This document shows positions 1-13,808 of a stretch of DNA of 64,000 nt, piece by piece (the stretch's first letter is position 1; each line of letters begins with the position of its first letter). The stretch lies in the NCBI RefSeq assembly GCF_018977255.1, contig NW_024704742.1, forward strand, positions 11,534,001 through 11,598,000. The letters run 5' to 3'. The notes under the pieces are model-generated. The model was not told the DNA's origin. It made no database searches and saw only the letters and a program-made list of their open reading frames with translations. The translations under genes and the position numbers were made by a program. Source of the stretch: Callorhinchus milii (Eukaryota).

Positions 1-511
1 CTGAGATGGTCTATTGCTGTTGACACTAGAAATGAGTGCATTAACTGCACTAAAGTTGACAGCAGACCCTTGGGTCAATCAAATTAACTTGGAACTATAG
101 TGCATTGGTTTTCGTCTCACATTATCTGATCGATGAGCAGACAATTAGGTAAGGTGATATAAGTGCTGTGTAAAATCTGATCTTTTGTGCCTGAAACTAT
201 TGAGCCATTGCAAATCACCACTGCTATAAAATTTCACACTTGAACTAAAAACCCCAATGTTTTTCCCAAACGTAATGCAACAGGGATTGGAAAATGTTCT
301 CACTGTGCCATTCTCTCCAGAATCCTTTGGGCAGAAAGCCATCAAACATTTGACTGCCTATGTGACAAGCCAAGGTCAAAGAGCATCATAATATAGTTTT
401 AATAGTGTAAATCTTAAAGCTTATTCATATGTATATAGAATATAGCAGTAAAATGCTGATTGTTTAAAGTGAGGTGGACTAATCTTAATTTTTTAATAAT
501 GTTAATAATAA

Positions 512-678
512 TCCTTTAATAATAATAATCCTTTCATCTGATATAACGCCTTGTCACGTCATTGAGACATCTCAAAGCGCTTCAAAGCCCTAACCCTAAC
601 CCTAATGCTATAAAGTAATGCGTCTGTGTATTTTGTGGGCAAATGCAGCAGCTAATTTGTGCACAGCAATGTCCCACA
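512..678 (-). mobile_element. 3' half of tRNA-derived SINE, interrupted by (CCCTAA)3
   Basis: (AAT)n tail, ctcaaagcgcttca and gcacagcaatgtcccaca core on the minus strand. Confidence 0.75.
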
Positions 679-1407
679 TTGAAATGGAATGTGACCTAGA
701 AAGTCTTCAAGCACAGGGCCTACTCCAGTGACTGGTATCATTCCAAAGTCTTCAAAGAAGGTATTATATTTGGTCATTAGGGTAATCTGTATTGTTCAAT
801 CCATTGCACTGTTTTAGTCTAAAATTCCACATGTCTGATTCTAGCAAAATTCTATGAAAATTAATTGGTCTGCTTATGCTGCAGGCTTTGTATCTATTCA
901 GTGAGAAAATGACATTAAATTGCTGTCAACTCTGCAATCTAACTGAATCAATGATCTTTCCTATCAATCCTTTAAACAAACATATTCAGAAAGTGTGCGT
1001 GTATGGGAGAGTGGGGGGACGAAACTACTGCCCGTGGTTTAACAGACTTAGCAGAAGTTACATTTTAACTACAATTGGTACAAAACTCTAACATTTTAAA
1101 TGGAATTGAGAAAGTAAACAATTTCTGCACCAAGACAGCAGAACAGGAGGACCCAAGTTTAGGGTTGCAAATGATAATTTGAGGACAGACATCAGGAAAC
1201 ATTTATTTTGTCAGGATGAGAGCAAGTGGGCGAAGAGCCTTCTTTATCTGAACCTAACGCGGTTTGTTGTGCCATCCCTTGGTAGAGTTGGAGGGGTGGG
1301 GTTGAGTGGCAAGGGAACCCTCAGTGATATCTGTACTATTCCTTAGGTGTTAAAGACAAAAAACTGTACTGGAAAGTGGGGCTAATAAATCCTCTTTGGG
1401 AAAATGG

Positions 1408-1900
1408 CAACAACAGCAACTTGCATTTATATAGCACCCCTAACGCAGGGTAGTGTCCCAGAGCGCTTGACAGAGGCGGAGCATGATATCGAGCTGGGGG
1501 GAGGGGGAGGTGACCATAGACACAGTTGAATAGGAAGGTGGAATCCTGTAGCTCAGTGGTTAGAGCACTCGCTTTACAAGCGAGAGACCTGAGTTCAATT
1601 CCTGGCAGGGCGAAACCTTGGGCAAGTTTCCTTACTCCACACGCCTAATAATAATCCCTCCAAAACAAAACAATAATAAATTGGTCATTTTCAATCTACG
1701 ACTGTTTGTGGGACATTGCTGTGCGCAATTGGCTGCCGCGTTCACCCACAAATATACAGTCAATTCACTTTACAGTATATTCTGTGAAGCGCTTTGGGAC
1801 GTCTAGAAGATGTGAAAAGCGTTACATCAAATGCAAGGATTATTGTTATTATAAGGTCTTCAGGCGCGACCTGAAGATGGAGAAGGAAGTAGCAAGGCAG
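1408..1900 (-). mobile_element. L2 LINE 3' end fragment hosting the SINE at 1538-1852
   Basis: caacaacagcaacttgcatttatatagcacc tail; L2-like 3' sequence resumes after the SINE. Confidence 0.6.
1538..1852 (+). mobile_element. tRNA-Ala-derived SINE, short subfamily
   Basis: A box tagctcagtgg, B box agttcaattcc, core ttgctgtgcgcaattggctgccgcgtt (Deu-SINE-like), LINE-type tail and (ATT)n. Confidence 0.9.
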
Positions 1901-2322
1901 GGGGATAGAGGAAGAGTGTCCAGAGGCAGGATAAAATGTGACCTTGGAAAAAAATTTTCCATTTTGGATTTTGGATCTCATTTCCAAATCAGATAAAAAC
2001 TGCTCTGACCCAAGATCACTTTGTGCCTCATGGGATCAGAGCGACATACAGAAGGGCTCACTGCAGGACACGCACTTCACACCTCTCCGCATATTTTGCA
2101 GTTACCATTTTCATGCTGGCTTATTCTTTGCGTGCACTTTAGCAGCCATGTTGTGTGCAGTCGAAACCATTCCCACCCAGTCATGTTTGAATTGGTAGTG
2201 AAGTGAATACAGCTTGAGTAGCAGTGCACCACACTACAAATGGAAAGCGACCTCGTTATTATATCGCAATCATTACTTGTTGCAAGACAGCAGAAAGAAA
2301 ACTGTCCCAGAACTATGATTAT

Positions 2323-2667
2323 GAGCACTTGCCTCACAAGTGAGAGGACTTGGGTTCAATTCCTGTCAGGGCGAAAAGTTGGGTAAGTTTTCCTTACTCC
2401 ACATGACTGTTTACCTAGCAGTAAGTAAGAACCCAATTGTTAGACAATTGGCAGATTGTTTTCCCGAGGGTTTTCCTTCAAATAAAATAATAACAATTTG
2501 GTCACTGAATCCACGATATTTTGTGGCACACTGCTGTGTGCAATTGGCTGCCACTTTTTTGCCCACAAAGTATACAATCAATTCAATTTACAGTATATTC
2601 TGTGAAGCACTTTGAGACGTCTCGAAGACATCATAAGACACGATATCAAATGCATGGATTATTATTA
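2323..2667 (+). mobile_element. tRNA-derived SINE, long subfamily (5' eroded)
   Basis: B box ggttcaattcc, extra ctgtttacctagcagtaagta segment, same core and tail. Confidence 0.85.
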
Positions 2668-4725
2668 GGATTCTGACCAGACTACACATACATATTTCCT
2701 CTTGGATAAGTGACCTCCTTATCAAACACTGTTTTTAGTACTAAGTCAGAGGAAACTGCAGATATTACCCCCTGTTTAATACAGCTGGTCTAATTAGTAC
2801 ATCAAAAATTGATCCAGAAAAGATCTAATCCAGTGTTTCTGCAAGATTATAGCCCAGTTATGAAAGTTAAATTGCTTGCAAGAATGTGAGTGGGGGGTAG
2901 GGGGATCTAAGTGATTTAGACAAAAATCAATACTAGATGTTACTACTTTACTGAAACAAATGAGTCAGCTAGGAATACAAGCACCGAAATATTCAGTAAA
3001 ATGTCATTTATTTTTTCAAGGTAATTGAACCATCAGATCTTATATCTGCTGCCACGATAAGCATCGTGCAGTCATTAAATTGTGCTTATGTGAGTGAGAG
3101 CCATGTGTGCACTCCAGTGGTGCAGCTTCATAAGTAACTGAACTGTAATCTGTCGAAGTCTGGCAAACCACCTACCCACAAAATCATTTAATTGGCAAAA
3201 ACGTGCCAAACTCATGTCATTCTTCAACTTTGTTTTCTCAATGTGGTTGGTTTGAAGCTCAGAATGTTTTATCCTTTGAATATCGACTTTTCTTTGTGGG
3301 GTTCACAATGCGTAGAGGTTGATCACAAAATCTGTCAGTCCCTTTATCTGAGGGACTTGAGTTTTGAATGTGAAAGTGCAAAGAAGTTGGAACTTGTTAG
3401 ATTCATTCCATTGCTGAATGTGCTGTCTGTCCACTCATGTAAGATTTGGGTTTGAATTCAAATCAAATTAATAGAATCTATCTCGGAGCCTCTATACCTG
3501 TCTGTTTCATGTTTCCTTTCAGGTCCACAGGCTCAACGCACTGTTGCATTGATGATGGGCCAGCCAGTCTGGCTCATCAGCAGGACTTAAAGAAGTAGCC
3601 CACTCACTGGGGATGGGGTGGGTTAAAGGAGTCCTTCCTACTCAACTCATTTTATCGCTGATGTTTGCAATAGCAAGGTTTGTGTTGGTTAAACTGCAGC
3701 AGTCAACCAACATACATGATTGGGTATGCAAGTCTTGACTCTTGCTTACTTGTACCCAATGTCTTTTGGATTTGATAAGCAGAATGTTTCACTTTGTCTA
3801 ATTACCCCTGAAGTGCTTTAAGACATTTCAACGCTATAGCAATTATATTTAGTGTTTTTTTTACTTACCCGGCCTGTGCAGAGTTTCTTTCAAACTCTTT
3901 TGTAGAAGAAGAAAGTGGTTAAAAGGATATAATGGACACTGAAAGCCAAGAATAATCCCCTGGCTAACAACATATAAAAATGCAAAGTAGAACTGGAGCA
4001 AGTTATTTCAAATCTTTGTCGATCTTGCTAAAGTACAATATCTAACAGTATGACGACCTTAAAATGGTCTCAGATCATCTTCTGATATCTGGAATGATTT
4101 TGCGAGTTTGTGAAATGGCATTTTGACACAGTGCCTGTAAAGTGGTTTCAGGGTATCTCTACAGCAATGGTCTTTGAACATATCTGGAAATGATTTTGAA
4201 GATGTGTTGAATTACAGTTTAGAATAGCTCAGAAGTATTTCGAACCATGTTAAAATATTTCAAGATGTCTTAAATTAAAACACCATGCCTCTGGCGAGCA
4301 AGTTTACAAAATTAACCATGAACCTGGGGGGGAAATAATATGCAACCAAAGAGATTTGTTATAGTGCAGTTCAAATCATGAAAGATTTTTTTTTGCAGAT
4401 GCCGATATTTGTTCTGAAGAATAACATTTCTAAAACTGTTCAAAGACTCTTAGCCACCTCATCCAGTCCAATGCTGCAAATGGTCTCAATTGCCTTGGTT
4501 TAGGATGAGAAAATCAGCCTGGGTTCCTGTTCTTGATCACAAGCCAGAGATCCCCACAAGAGGTTTATGTGCATAGATGATTGGTGAACACAGAATGTAA
4601 CTCAGCTGTAATTTCTCCCCCATTGAAGGCAAATGGCTTCCCAACAGGTATTGTGGAGGTTCATACATGATAGCAATCTGCATGTGGAAGTATACACCAG
4701 GGGAAGGGAAAAGGGCTCAGTCACT

Positions 4726-7220
4726 CATAGAATCATACAGCACAGAAAGAGGCCATTCGACCCATTGTGTCTGCGCCAGCTCAGAAAAGAGCAATCCAAC
4801 TCAATCCCACTGGCCCGCTTTCTCTCCATAATCCTGTAATCTTGTCCTCTCCAAATACTCATCTACTTCCCTCTTAAAAGAAGTTATTGAATCGGCTTCC
4901 ACTATCCTTTCAGGTAATGCATTTCAGATCCGAACAACTTGCTGGTGAAATTTTTTTCCCCACCTCCCCTCTGTTTCTTTTAACAACTAACTTAAATCGG
5001 TGTCCTCGGGTTACTGACGCACATGTCAGTGGAAACAGTTTTTCCTGGTTCAACCTATCAAATCCTCTCATGATCTTGAAAACCTCTATTAAATCCTCTC
5101 TTAATCTTCTCTGCTGTAGGGAGAATAATCCTACTTTCGCTAACCTCTCCTCGTAACTAAGGTCCTTCATCCCTGGTACCATCCTGGTAAACCTCCTCTG
5201 CACTCTCTCCAATGCCCTAACATCTTTCCTAACGTGTGGTGCCCAGAACTGAATGCAGTACTCCAATTGAGGCCTAACCATTTTATAAATATTCAACATA
5301 ACCTCCTGACTTTTGTATTCTATGCCCCTATTGGAGTCTGGTGCTATCCTCCTCACCCATTAACTACTTTTCCTAGCTTAGTATCGTCTGCAAATTTGGA
5401 AATTGTGCTCTCTATATCCCGGTCCAGATCATTAATATATATCAGAAAGAGCAGTGGTCTCAATTGCCTTGGTTTAGGATGAGAAAATCAGCCTGGGTTC
5501 CTGTTCTTGATCACAAGCCAGAGATCCCCACAGGAGGTTTATGTGCATAGATGATTGGTGAACACAGAATGTAACTCAGCTGTAATTTCTCCCCCATTGA
5601 AGGCCAGACCAGGTGACTTATCTATGTTGAGCACCGACAGCCTTTTTAGTAACTCCTCTCTGTTGATTTTTATCATATCCAATTTCTGTTCACACGCCTG
5701 CGATATTGTGGCATTATTTGCATCGTCTTCTTTTGTGAAAACAGTTGCAAAGTACTTATTTAGTACATCACCCATGCCCTCTGCCTCCACAAGAAGATTG
5801 CCATAGACCCACCTTACCTTTGACTAACCTTTTTCTCTTGATATGCTTATCAATACTTATCAATACTGACCCCTGAAGGACACCACTACATACCACCCTC
5901 CAGTCAGGAAAGCAACCGTTTACTATCACTTTCTGCTTTCCGTCTCCTAGCCAGTTCTGGATCTATGTTGCCACAGTCCCTTTAGTACCATGGGCTTCGA
6001 TTTTGTTTATGTCTCTAATGTGACACTTTGTCAAATGCCTTTTGAAAATGTAGATAAACTACATATACCACCTTCATCCACTCTCTGTCACATCATCAAA
6101 AAATATTAGGTTTGTCAGACATGATCTGCCTTTAACAAATCCGTGTTGACTGTCCTTTATTAAACCATATTTTTCTAAGTGAGAATTTATATGGTCCCGG
6201 ATTATAGTCTCCAGAAGTTTCCCTACTACTGATGTGAGGCTGATTGGCCTGTAGTTCTCAGGTTTATCCTTCTGCCCCTTTTTGTACAGGGGAGTTACAT
6301 TTGCAAACTTCCAGTCCTCTGGCACCACTCCAGTGTCCAAAGAGGATTGAAAGATTGTGGCCAGAGCCTCCGCTATTTCCACCCTTGCTTCCCTCGGTAA
6401 CCTTGGATGCATCCCGTCCAGACCAGGTGACTTATCTATGTTGAGCACCGACAGCCTTTTTAGTAACTCCTCTCTGTTGATTTTTATCATATCCAATTTC
6501 TGTTCACACGCCTGCGATATTGTGGCATTATTTGCATCGTCTTCTTTTGTGAAAACAGTTGCAAAGTACTTATTTAGTACATCACCCATGCCCTCTGCTT
6601 CCACAAGAAGATTGCCATAGACCCACCTTACCTTTGACTAACCTTTTTCTCTTGATATGCTTATAAAGTACCTTAGGGTTCCCTTTTATGTTTCCTGCTA
6701 ATCTTTTCTTGTATAATCTCTATGCCCCTCTTATTTCCCTTTTCACTTCTCCTCTGTACTTCCTATATTCTATTTGATTATCCTGTGTGGTTTGGTCCTG
6801 ACATTTGTCATCAGCCTCCTTTTTCTGTTTTATTTTAATCCCAATTTCTTTAGTCATCCAGGGAGGTTTGACTATCTTACCTTTCCCCTTTGTGGGAATG
6901 TATTTGCTCTGTCCCCAAACTATCTCCTCTGTGAAGGCTTCCCATTGTTTGTTTGCTGTCTTACCTGTCACTCTCTCTTTCCAATCTATCTTGGCCAGGT
7001 CCCTTTTTAGCTTACTGAAATTAGCCCGTTTCCAGTTGAGAGTCTTTACCTTTGATTGATTGTTGTTCTTCTCCATAACTATTCTAAACCTAATGATATT
7101 GTAATCACTGTTATCCAGATGCTCTCCTGCTGAAACCTGCTCCATTTCCCAGAACTAAATCCAGCACTGCTTCCTTCTTTATTGGGCTGGAAACATGCTG
7201 ATCCAGAAACTTCTCCTGCT
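4726..7220 (-). mobile_element. CR1 LINE, 5'-truncated, decayed, internally rearranged
   Basis: Minus-strand ORFs VRPQLEYCIQFWAP, KSPGLDGMHPR, NYRPISLTSVVGK, QHGFVKGRSCLTNL; 3' tail at 4726-4765; frameshifts and deletions. Confidence 0.93.
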
Positions 7221-8050
7221 CACAGAATTCTCACTCCATTCCTCCTCACTCCGTTCCTCCTCACTCCGTTCCCTCCTTACGCTCCTGGGCTCTCAGCTCG
7301 AGTGAGCACTGTTATAGAATGTTTTAGAGCATAAGGCCATTCAACCTATTGTGCCTTTGCCAGCTCTCTGTCATTGCTCTCCACTTACAACAACTTGCAT
7401 TACCCCTTCATGCAGGGTGGTGTCCCGGACACTTTAACCCACTTGCCCTGTCTTTTCCCCACACATATTTCTTTTTTTAATGTTTTACCTTTCGGTTCCC
7501 TATTAACAGGAAGTTAAAGACTTTGAGGAAAGGAGGGGGATAAAAATTGGCAAAGAAAAATAAATTACATCGTACAAAATGGGAAAAATAGTGATTCATG
7601 CTTTGACTTCACTATAAAGAGCAGGCAGGAAAGAAGAAATTAAAAGCTAACGGCCCCTTTTTATTTCCTTAACCTCCTGTCCAAAACACCACCAGTGTTG
7701 ACAGATGCCTGGGACCTCGCCTGGAGGGAGTGGGGGTGAGGGGGCAGTAAGGAGAGAGAAAGCGTTCTTCACATGTGAGTCTGAGCAGTGAGTGTTGACA
7801 GGCTATTTGGATGTTGAAGCATTTCAGCAGAGCCCGATCCAGTTGTTACCTGACGTTCACACATGTGCACTTTGCAACAGAGATCCCTGGATGCTGCTCA
7901 TGTTCACAAGCACCAGCTGAGTATTATTATTACCATTTCCACCACTCCAAGCCCTGGACATGTAGTCCAATTACACTGTTCCTACTGTCACCCTGGCTGA
8001 AATCTGCTAGCTCAGCCAAGGGCAGCCACTGTTAGAGTTAAGATTGCTAG

Positions 8051-8482
8051 AAGCGCTTCACAGAATTTTACAGTATCGTGTAGTTCCTGTATATTTGTCA
8101 GTGAATCATAGATGGAATCGCCATACGTATACCAAGTCACTTCACTTTGCAACATATCCTGTGAAGTGCTTTGGGACATCCTCCTAACGTGAAGGGTGCT
8201 GTACCAGATATAATGACTGTCAGTGAAACACGGCAACCAATTGCGCACAGCAGTGTCCCTCAAACAGTCGTGGATTGAGTGACAACANTTTTTTTCGAAG
8301 GAATTATTATCCCCGGAAAAGTGATCTGCCAATCGACTAACAACTGGGTTTCTACTGACTGCTAGGTAAACAGAGGCATGTGGAGTAAGGAAACTTGCCT
8401 AAGGTTTTGCGCCACCGAGAATTGAACCCAGGTCACTCGCTTGCGAGACAAGTACTCTAACCACTGAGCTACAGGACTCCAC
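8051..8482 (-). mobile_element. Long-subfamily SINE with a nested plus-strand tail fragment
   Basis: Head ...aaccactgagctacaggactccac ends at 8482; insert 8106-8217 is flanked by a repeated tgtcagtgaa (8096-8105, 8218-8227). Confidence 0.85.
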
Positions 8483-9508
8483 AAATGAATGCAAACAGAT
8501 AGATGAAAAGCCGCTGGCACAGGGGAACCCAACCTAGCTGACTTCCAGCCCTGAAAGTCAGCTTTAGGTCACTCGCACCTGGGTGACAATCAAGAAGTGA
8601 CTTCGGCAACAATCTGATCATCTAGAAGTCAGCTCACGGTGGACACGGCTATTTACCAAAGCCCCCACATCTGAGGACCTGGATTAAACAGCTGGTACTG
8701 AGTAAGCCTGGTATAGCCTTGAACATCAGGGTGACTGGCACATCACAAGCAGGAGCCTGAAGCGCCGCCTGTCGTGAGAGTGACTCAGGTGTCCAAAACA
8801 TTGTTGCTTGTAGTTCATATAGACAAATTATGGATACATTATTGTCAATTTTCTCTGTTTTGTACCCTCCAAGTTCGTAAATTATCTTTTGGAGGAAAGA
8901 AAATCTTTATTTTTTAAAAAAGTTGATTTCCACCCTATTTATAATGTCCAGATGGAATATTAATACCCATGGCTCAAAACTATAACAGTTGTGTCTTAAT
9001 CGACAATTGAACTAACATTGTTATTTTGAAGAGGAAACTCTGTCTGGTCAGAGAGCTGGAGCTTCCTGTCTGTCCCTGAATTTGATTTATAGAAGGTTTA
9101 CAGCAGAGGGAGAAGCTTTTTTGGCTCACTGTGTCTGTGCTGCTGTGAGCTCCCCTGTTGAAACTGAAGTGCTGGAGAAATTGACTGCTGCGTTCGCCAA
9201 CAAATACATAGTCACTCCGTTTCACAATATATCCTGTGAAGTGGTTTGAGACGTCCTCTTGTTGTGAAAGGCACTATACAAACAGAAATGTAAAGATTAA
9301 TATTATTTGATAGTCATTGTGCATTCCGAGTTTTTTTTCCTTTCCTTCTAAACAGACTATTGTCTTTTCTGAGTGATGGAAAGGCATTCATTGCTTTTGA
9401 GCACTGGTTACAGACTAAAACCCAATACTGCTACACATTCTTTATAATGTCTTGGTCAGTCTTAGAAAGATGTACTCACATTGCACCATTTCTGCATTCA
9501 TCCAGTGT

Positions 9509-9881
9509 ATAATAATAATAATCCTTGCATTTGATATAGCGCCTTATCATGGCTTAGAAATGTCTCAAAGTGCTTCACAGAATATACTGTAAAGTGAATT
9601 GACTGTATTTTATGAGCAGAAAACTGCAGCCAATTGCACACAGCAGTGTCCTACAAAAATTTGTGGATTGAATGACCAAATTATCATTTTTTTAAAGGAA
9701 TTATTAACCCCGGAAAGGCGATCAACCAATTGACTAACAACTGTGTTCCTGCCTTACTGCTAGGTAAACAGAGACGTGTGGAGTAAGGAAACTTGCCCCA
9801 AGTTTCACCCTGCCAGGAATCAAACCCAGGACCTCTCGCTTGCGAGGCGAGTGCTCTAACCACTGAGCTACAGGACTCCAC
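9509..9881 (-). mobile_element. Full-length SINE, long subfamily
   Basis: Complete head, core and (AAT)n tail; the empty site is visible in the paralogous segment near 14095. Confidence 0.92.
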
Positions 9882-10070
9882 ACTTACAGCTTAAGTGGAA
9901 CCTAGGTGAAGATTACTGTTTGATAGCTCAAGAACACAGTCTAATTTCAGGAATTTAATAATGACATGTATGCTGAATAGACCTGTGTTTGATAAAATTG
10001 GTACTTTCAGCCAAATATGAAAATTATTATTGATTTTTGCATTATTGTTCTCTTAAAGCTTTAAAGATAT

Positions 10071-10091
10071 TTGTGTGTGTGTGTGTGTGTG

Positions 10092-10122
<31 letters not shown>
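10071..10122. repeat. (GT)n microsatellite
   Basis: About 25 TG units with one interruption. Confidence 0.95.
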
Positions 10123-10125
<3 letters not shown>

Positions 10126-10479
10126 CCTTACCCTCCCTGGCCTCCACCCCACCTGATTCCAACCCCCTGGTTGGATCCAAATCCTTGACTGCCCAGAGCC
10201 TTGAGTTGTCCTCCCGAAGTGAAAGGTGCTATCTAAATTAATTTTGTATAGTATTGTGTATTATAATTACTTATTGCGACTGGGAACATTGTCAGGTGCA
10301 GCAAAGACCTCCCTTGAGTTTCAAGCTGAATTCAATGCCTAAAATCCCTGGTAGCAGGCACAGTACAGTATAGCTTAGACCAGTGTCTCCCTCCCTTCCA
10401 TCCTCTGTCTGTCTCCCTCCCTCTCTCCCATCCTCTGTCTGTCTCTCTCCCATCTTCTGTCCGTCTCCCCTGTCCTTCC

Positions 10480-13400
10480 CCTGCAGGCTGCTCGTTGCTA
10501 AGCACAATGAGTGCCCTCCCCACTCTGCGCCAACTCTCGCCCCCCCAGTCTCCTGCAGGCTGGCAATGTCCCACTAACCGCCGCCTCTCGTTTCAGCGTG
10601 TGCATCTTGGCTGCTGCCCCCGACCCAAGCTGGCCCGCCCTCAAAATATCCCCCTCCCTGCAACTCTCCCGCTCTGTCCTGCTCTCTCTCCGCCCTCCTC
10701 GCCTCCTATCTCTGCTTGACCCTCCCACTGCCTCCCTCTGCTCCAGCCGGGGAATTCTCTGCCAGCCTCATCATGGCACTCGGCAGTGGCTGTCCAGCAG
10801 CAGCCACACCGACTGCTCCATTCCCCCTTACCACCGCAAGCCACCCCGGACCCAGACCCTGGGGGCTAACCTCTCCTCCCTCATCCGCATCCCCACCCTC
10901 CCTGCCAACCATTCCACTACCCTCTCCCCTGCCAACTGTCCACTCTGCATTGGCCTTCAAAATGTCCGATCCGTCTCCAACAAGACCCTGGCCATCAATG
11001 AACTAATCCTTGATGAGAACATTGACATCATGGCCCTCACGGAAACCTGGATCACCCCAGGTGACATCTTCCCCCTCACTGAGGCCACACCACCCGGCTA
11101 CACTTACCACCTTGCCCCACGCCCCAACCATCATGGCGGTGGTGTGGCCCTCATATCCAGGGCGTCACTTGCCCTATCCCCCTACTCCACCAGCTCGTTC
11201 CCCTCTTTCGAACACCTTACCCTCTGCTATCCCTCCCACCTCTCTAAAAATCCTCCTAATTTACCCCCCCCCCCAAATCCTCTCCCACCTTCATCTCTGA
11301 CATCTCCACCCTCTTTGCCTCCCTCTGCCTCTGCTCCGACCGCTTCATCATCCTCGGTGACTTCAACCTCCACTTCACCCCCTCCTGCTCCATCTCCTCA
11401 GGCTTCTCCTCTCTCCTCTCCTCTCCTCTCTCAACCTCTCCCTCCACATCGACTCTGCTACCCACACCCCACAGTCACCCGCTCGACCTGGTGATCACCC
11501 GGGGCCTCAGCGTCTCAGATGTCACCATCATTGACAAGGTCATCTCTGACCACCATTTCATCTCCCTCAACTCCCATATCCCTCTCCCCACTGCCTCCAA
11601 ACCTACCACCATCTTCTACCGCCCATGGAAGAAGATTTCCCCGCAGTCCTTCTCCACTGCCCTGGAGTCCTCCGAACTCCTCCCCTCTCTGGCCCACCTC
11701 TTGCACCAACCCACTCGCTGCGTTTACTCTCCTCCACAGCACCCTCTCCACCACACTCGATGCCATTGCCCCCCTCACCTCTCGAACTGCCTCCTATTCC
11801 CGATCCTCATCAGCCACCTCCGCTTGCTCAAGGGCCAGGCTGTCCTCGGTCTGGCTGGACCTCATCAAAACCTACCTGTCCGCTCTCGCCTCGGCCAAAT
11901 TGTCCTTATTTTCCAGGTTAATTCTGGAGGCAAAGGGCAACCCCAGGCTCCTGTTCTCCACCACTAACCGGCTCCTCCGCCCTCCCAGTCACGCCTCGCA
12001 GATTCTTTCCTTTGACTCTCACTGCGAGAAAATGCTGGACTTCCTCGAGTCCAAAATTGAGGAAATCCGCTCAGCTGCCACTGCCCTGCCCCCCAACTTC
12101 CACCCCCTCCCTACCCCCACCTCACACTCTACCCATCCCTCCTTCCACACCTTTGAACCTGTCAACCCCTCCTCTACCTTCACCACCATATCCTCCATGA
12201 GGCCCACTACCTGCTCCCTGGACCCCAGCCCCACCCCTCTCCTTAAATCCCAGCTCCACCTCCTTGCCCCACTTGCCGACCTTACCAACCCCTCCCTGTC
12301 ATCTGGCACTGTTCCTTCCCCCCTAAAAACAGCCATCATCACCCCTACCTTGAAGAAACCTTCATTGACCCATCACAGCTATCTAGCTACCAGCCCATCT
12401 CAAACCTCCCTTTCTTACCCAAGGTCCTTGAGAGACCTGTTGCCTCCCAGCTTCGCTCTTTCCTCTCCTCCCACTCCCTCCATGAACCCCTCCAATCGGG
12501 TTTCTGTGCTGCCGACAGCACGGAAACTGTTCCAGTCAAGGTCACAAATGACATGCTGACCATATGCAACCAGGGCTTCTTCTGTCTCCTCGTCCTCCTC
12601 GACTTCTCCGCTGCCTTTGACACCGTGGACCACTCAATCCTCCTCCACCGCTTCTCCTCCCACCTCAACCTTCAAGGTCCTGTCCTTGACTGGTTCAGGT
12701 CCTATCTTTCACACCGCCTCCATTTCATCGCAGCAAACAGCTTCTCCTCCAGCCCCCGCACCATCTTGTGCGGTATTCCTCAGGGCTCTGTCCTCGGTCC
12801 CCTCCTCTTCACCTTCTACATGCTCCCCCTTGGTGACGTCATCCGCAGACATGGGGTAAATTTCCACATGTATGCGGATGACACCCAACTTTATCTCTCT
12901 GCCTCCACCCTGAACTCCAGGACAACTGGCTTCCTGACCGACTGCCTGTCCGACATCAAGTCTTGAATGAGGGACAACTTTCTGCAACTCAACGTCAGCA
13001 AGACTGAGACTCTTCTGATTGGCTCACTCCAACACCTCCGTACCTCAGGCGCTGGAAGCATCAGCCTCCATGGCTGCACACTCAACCTCACTAAACCAGT
13101 CAGGAACCTGGGTGTCTTGTTTGACCCTGAGCTGTCCTTTCTCCCGCAAATCCGCAAATGACATCCTGACCATGTGTGATCTGCACTGCCTACCACCACC
13201 TCCGCAACATTGTCAGACTGTGCCACTGCCTCACCCTTTAGGCTGCGGAAACCCACATATTTAGAATACAGTCTATTCTGTGAAGTGCTTTGAGACGTCG
13301 AGAAGACGTGAAAAGCGCTATATCAAATGCAAGGATTATTATTATTATTAGTTGTCACATCAAGGCTCTCTCCTCATGAACCTTCCCAACTCTTCCCTTC

Positions 13401-13808
13401 ACAAGCTGCAGATCATCCAAAACTCTGCAGCTCGTGTATTCTCACGCACCAGGCTCCGTGACCCCATCACTCCTACTCCCTCCGTTCAGCAGGCTCCGGT
13501 CTGCTTCATGTCTTCTGCCCGACCCGCCCGACAAACTCTGGCTGGGCTTTCAGCCTCTCTGCCTCACACTCTGAAACTCCATCACACAGTCCCTTTGCCT
13601 TGCTTCCTCCCTTGTCTCCTTCAAGGCCGATTTCAAGACCCTTCTCTTCGATCGTGCCCTTGGTCTCCCTCCCACACCTCTCTGCCTTCCCTCACCCCTA
13701 CATCACCCCTCCTCCACGCTCGAGCCCTGACACCTGACTGTTCAGGGCTTTGGGACGTCCTCCCGACGTGAAAGGTGCTCTATAAATGTAATTTTGTTGT
13801 TATTGTTG
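10480..13808 (+). mobile_element. L2-clade LINE, near-complete ORF2 (APE endonuclease + reverse transcriptase), disabled
   Basis: LQNVRS...MALTETW and SDHH (endonuclease); LLDFSAAFDTVDH, GIPQGSVLGPLLF, YADDTQLY (RT); KLQIIQNSAAR; 3' stem-loop and (TTG)n tail. Many frameshifts; SINE tail inserted at about 13253-13350. Confidence 0.93.

Noticed and set aside
10511..13771. Long Pro/Ser-rich overlapping ORFs on both strands
   Set aside because: Alternative frames of the C-rich L2 element.
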